Shown here: in pieces, positions 28,512 to 32,227 of the stretch | How the letters are laid out: each line of letters begins with the position of its first letter | Numbering within the stretch: the first letter of the stretch is position 1 | Assembly (NCBI GenBank): GCA_032128375.1 | Contig: JAQBGU010000200.1 | Coordinates: 1-32,227, forward strand | Reading direction: 5' to 3' | DNA from: Deltaproteobacteria bacterium | GTDB lineage: Bacteria > Myxococcota_A > UBA9160 > SMWR01 | Length of the DNA: 32,227 bases | The notes under the pieces: model-generated | The model's input: the letters and a program-made list of their open reading frames with translations, nothing else | Database searches by the model: none | What the model was told of the DNA's origin: nothing | Made by a program: the position numbers and the translations under genes

Positions 28512-29728
28512 CGAGGCTTACGCCGGATCCGGCGGTCCTGGCTCTCGCCGACGGAACGGTGTACCGCGGCCGGGCATTTGGCGCGCGAGGCGTGGCGGCG
28601 GGTGAAGTGGTGTTCAACACCAGCATGACAGGGTATCAGGAGATCCTGACCGACCCCTCCTACGCGGGCCAGATCGTGGTGATGACCTACACCCAGATCG
28701 GAAATGTCGGCGTGAATCCCGAAGACGCCGAGTCTGCACGGCCGTTTCTGTCGGGCTTCGTCATCAAGGAATTGTTCGAACCCAGCAGTTGGAGATCCAC
28801 CGAAGGTCTGGATGCCTACATGGCGCGGATGGGCGTCCCGGGCATCGCCGGGATCGATACGCGGTCGCTGGTCAGACGCATTCGAGATGGCGGTGCACAG
28901 GTCGCTGTGCTGAGCACCGATCCCACTGCCGACCCCGACGCGCTCGTCGCCCAGGCGCGGGCAGATGGCGGGCTCGATGGCCGGGACATGGTGGCGATGG
29001 TCACCTGTGAGAAACCCTACCAGTGGACCGAGGGTTTGTGGAGGGGGGTCGAGGGCCAGGTTCCGCGGCCAGAGCGCATGACGCCTGTTCTGCGGTTGGT
29101 CGCGTACGATTTCGGCATCAAGCGAAACATCCTGCGTCAGCTCTTCCAGCACGGCTTCGACGTGACGGTGGTGCCGGCGCAGACCCCCTGGCAAGAGGCC
29201 CTCGAGCGCGAGCCCGACGCGATTTTCCTATCCAACGGTCCGGGAGACCCAGCCGGCGTCGAAGGTGTGCTCGATTCCGTGCGCGAGCTCGCGTCTCGCA
29301 AGCCGCTGTTCGGAATCTGTCTCGGCCATCAGATCCTTGCTCTCGCATTGGGCGGCAACACGGTCAAGCTGAAATTTGGCCACCATGGGGGCAACCAGCC
29401 GGGACAGGATCTCGCCACTGGAAAAGTAGCGATTTGCGCCGAGAACCACGGCTACGCGGTCGACGCCGATTCGTTGCGCGCCGCTGGCGAGGCAGTCGAG
29501 ATTACCCACGTCAACCTGAACGACGGAACTGTCGAAGGTCTCGCTCATAGCGAACGCCCGCTATTCAGCGTGCAATACCACCCGGAGGCGTCTCCGGGCC
29601 CTAACGATGCGGGCTACTTCTTCGCGCGGTTTCGCGAGATGGTGGTACGGCACAAGGCGGGCGAGGCCGTGACGGGCGCGGAGGTCGCCCGCGGGCGGCC
29701 GAGCGCTCGGCTCCGACCAGCGTCCTAG
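28508..29728 (+). CDS. carA: Carbamoyl-phosphate synthase small subunit
   Basis: [46 protein letters not shown]. Confidence 0.98.
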   Translation: MTRLTPDPAVLALADGTVYRGRAFGARGVAAGEVVFNTSMTGYQEILTDPSYAGQIVVMTYTQIGNVGVNPEDAESARPFLSGFVIKELFEPSSWRSTEGLDAYMARMGVPGIAGIDTRSLVRRIRDGGAQVAVLSTDPTADPDALVAQARADGGLDGRDMVAMVTCEKPYQWTEGLWRGVEGQVPRPERMTPVLRLVAYDFGIKRNILRQLFQHGFDVTVVPAQTPWQEALEREPDAIFLSNGPGDPAGVEGVLDSVRELASRKPLFGICLGHQILALALGGNTVKLKFGHHGGNQPGQDLATGKVAICAENHGYAVDADSLRAAGEAVEITHVNLNDGTVEGLAHSERPLFSVQYHPEASPGPNDAGYFFARFREMVVRHKAGEAVTGAEVARGRPSARLRPAS

Positions 29729-29751
29729 CAGCAAGTACAGGGAAGAGTTCC

Positions 29752-32227
29752 GTGCCCAAACGCGAAGACATTCATACGATCATGGTGATCGGATCCGGTC
29801 CAATCATTATTGGCCAGGCCTGCGAGTTCGATTACTCCGGTACCCAGGGGTGCAAGGCGCTGCGCGAAGAGGGCTACCGGGTCGTGCTCGTGAACTCGAA
29901 CCCGGCCACGATCATGACGGACCCCGACACGGCCGATCGCACCTATATCGAACCGATGAGTCTCGAAAGCATCGAGAAAATCATCGCCGCTGAACGGCCC
30001 GACGTGATCCTGCCGACGCTCGGCGGTCAAACCGCCCTCAATATCACTGTCGCGTTATCGGAGGCCGGCATTCTCGAGCGTTACGCTGTCGGGTTGATTG
30101 GCGCGCAGCTCGAATCGATCAACAAGGCCGAAGACCGCGAACAATTCCGAATCGCGATGGAGAAGATCGGTCTGAAGCTCCCTCGGTCTGGCTATGCCAA
30201 GTCACTCGAAGATGCGCGCGAGATCCTGAAAGACACCAAGATCCCCGCGATCATCCGGCCCAGCTTCACCCTCGGTGGTACCGGCGGAAGCATCGCCTAC
30301 CGCGACGAGGATTTCGATGAACTCGTCGAATGGGCGCTCAGCCAATCACCGCGGCACGAGTGCTTGATCGAACAGAGCGTGTTGGGTTGGAAGGAATACG
30401 AGCTCGAGGTGATGCGCGATTCGGCCGACAACGTAGTGATCGTCTGTTCGATCGAAAATTTCGACGCGATGGGGGTCCACACCGGCGATTCGATCACGGT
30501 GGCGCCGGCACAAACGTTGACCGACCGCGAATACCAGGTCATGCGCGACGCTTCGATCGCAATCATTCGAGAGATCGGCGTCGACACCGGTGGCTCGAAT
30601 ATTCAATTCGGCGTCAACCCAGAGGACGGCACCATCGTCGTCATCGAGATGAACCCGCGCGTATCGAGGTCATCGGCGCTCGCCTCGAAGGCGACGGGTT
30701 TTCCGATCGCAAAAATCGCCGCCAAGCTCGCCGTCGGCTACACGCTCGATGAGTTACGAAACGATATCACGCGTGAGACACCGGCGAGTTTCGAGCCGAC
30801 AATCGATTATGTCGTGACGAAAATTCCGCGATTCACTTTCGAAAAATTTCCGGGTGTCGACAATGTGTTGACCACGCAGATGAAGTCGGTCGGCGAAGTC
30901 ATGGCAATCGGGCGGACCTTCAAGGAGAGCTTGCAAAAGGCCGTCCGTTCGCTCGAGGTGGGCCACGCGGGCTTCGAGTCCCCGAGCCTTCCCGAGGGTC
31001 CGGAAGCAGAGGACGCCTTGTGGGCGCAAGTGGACACTCCGCGGCCGGGCCGCCTGTGGGCGATGTGCGAGCTCTTGCGTCGTGGGACTGACGTGCAAAC
31101 GCTCCATCGGCGATCGTTCGTCGACCCATGGTTTCTGGAGAACCTGCGCGAGATCGTCGAGATTGAGGCAGACCTGCAGGCCGCCGCGCCGGGCGAGCGA
31201 GTCAATTGGTTGCGCTACGCGAAGCAGACCGGTTTTTCGGACCGGCGTCTGGCCGACCTGTGGCAGACCAGCGAGGACGAGGTCCGGGCGCTGCGCCACC
31301 GTGAAGGTGTCGTGCCGGTGTACAAGCGGGTCGATACCTGTGCCGCGGAATTCGAAGCCCACACTCCGTATCTGTACTCGACTTACGAACAGGAGTGTGA
31401 GGCGCGGCCGACCAACCGGCGCAAGGTGATGATCCTCGGTGGCGGACCCAACCGGATCGGTCAGGGGATCGAGTTCGACTACTGCTGCGTTCACGCAGCG
31501 TTCGCGCTACACGAGGCCGGGTTCGAGACCATCATGGTCAACTGCAACCCCGAGACGGTCTCCACCGACTACGACACCAGCGACCGGCTGTATTTCGAGC
31601 CGCTCACCCTCGAAGACGTGTTGGCGATCGTCGACAAAGAGAAACCCGAGGGTTTGATCGTACAGTTCGGGGGCCAGACGCCACTTTCGCTCGCGATGGA
31701 GTTGGAACGCGCCGGTGCGCCGATCCTGGGGACGCCGCCCGATGCGATTGACCGAGCGGAAGATCGCGAACGCTTCGAACAGGTGCTCGAGAAGCTCTCG
31801 TTGAAGCGGCCGCCCGGCGCGGTTGCGCGAAGCGCCGAGGAGGGCGAAACAGTCGCCAGGAGAATCGGCTTCCCGGTGATCGTCCGACCCTCCTATGTGC
31901 TCGGCGGGCGCGCGATGGAGATCGTCCACGACGTCGAATCGTTTCGGAACTACATGAAGTTCGCCGTCCGCGCGTCGAAGAAACATCCGGTTCTGGTCGA
32001 CCGTTTTCTCGCAGACGCGATCGAGGTAGACGTCGATGCGATCTCCGACGGCAAGCGCGTCGTGATTGGCGGAATCATGGAGCACATCGAACAGGCCGGC
32101 GTGCACTCGGGCGATAGCGCGTGCGCACTGCCGCCATACTCATTGTCCAAGGCCATCATCGACGTGATTCTGGAATCGACGCGCCGGCTGGCAGTCGAAC
32201 TGGGCGTCAAGGGTCTGATGAACGTGC
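29752..32227 (+). CDS. carB: Carbamoyl-phosphate synthase large subunit (truncated by window end; not in the ORF track)
   Basis: GTG start; MPKREDI…[52 protein letters not shown]; spot checks show the same frame to the window end. Confidence 0.98.
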   Translation, partial: MPKREDIHTIMVIGSGPIIIGQACEFDYSGTQGCKALREEGYRVVLVNSNPATIMTDPDTADRTYIEPMSLESIEKIIAAERPDVILPTLGGQTALNITVALSEAGILERYAVGLIGAQLESINKAEDREQFRIAMEKIGLKLPRSGYAKSLEDAREILKDTKIPAIIRPSFTLGGTGGSIAYRDEDFDELVEWALSQSPRHECLIEQSVLGWKEYELEVMRDSADNVVIVCSIENFDAMGVHTGDSITVAPAQTLTDREYQVMRDASIAIIREIGVDTGGSNIQFGVNPEDGTIVVIEMNPRVSRSSALASKATGFPIAKIAAKLAVGYTLDELRNDITRETPASFEPTIDYVVTKIPRFTFEKFPGVDNVLTTQMKSVGEVMAIGRTFKESLQKAVRSLEVGHAGFESPSLPEGPEAEDALWAQVDTPRPGRLWAMCELLRRGTDVQTLHRRSFVDPWFLENLREIVEIEADLQAAAPGERVNWLRYAKQTGFSDRRLADLWQTSEDEVRALRHREGVVPVYKRVDTCAAEFEAHTPYLYSTYEQECEARPTNRRKVMILGGGPNRIGQGIEFDYCCVHAAFALHEAGFETIMVNCNPETVSTDYDTSDRLYFEPLTLEDVLAIVDKEKPEGLIVQFGGQTPLSLAMELERAGAPILGTPPDAIDRAEDRERFEQVLEKLSLKRPPGAVARSAEEGETVARRIGFPVIVRPSYVLGGRAMEIVHDVESFRNYMKFAVRASKKHPVLVDRFLADAIEVDVDAISDGKRVVIGGIMEHIEQAGVHSGDSACALPPYSLSKAIIDVILESTRRLAVELGVKGLMNV

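Overview
GC-rich bacterial chromosome segment with every real gene on the + strand. It holds the str-S10-spc-alpha ribosomal superoperon, from the 3' end of rpsG through fusA, tuf, rpsJ, secY, adk, map, rpmJ, rpsM/K/D, rpoA and rplQ. Next come a TlpA/ResA-like thioredoxin, an FtsB/DivIC-like gene, argS, a SPOR protein, rfbD, a UDP-glucuronate decarboxylase-like gene, lepA, lepB and a pyrR-pyrB-pyrC-carA-carB operon (carB runs off the window). Gene order and the RpoA N-terminus (…RNWRELIRP) suggest a deltaproteobacterial/Myxococcota-like organism (inference). The main oddities are: (1) rplC (uL3), rplX (uL24) and rpsN (uS14) are missing from their near-universal positions, with the rplC and rplX gaps sealed to 3 bp and 0 bp; uL3 and uL24 are the two classical 50S assembly initiators; (2) several spacers hold 14-16 bp tandem arrays, including seven phased GANTC sites between rpsM and rpsK; (3) a perfect 37-bp direct repeat with a 34-bp spacer duplicates the start of the ftsB-like gene; (4) a PyrR-binding hairpin sequesters the pyrR Shine-Dalgarno (SD), pointing to translational rather than attenuation control. 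No mobile elements, tRNA/rRNA genes or cas genes were recognised.
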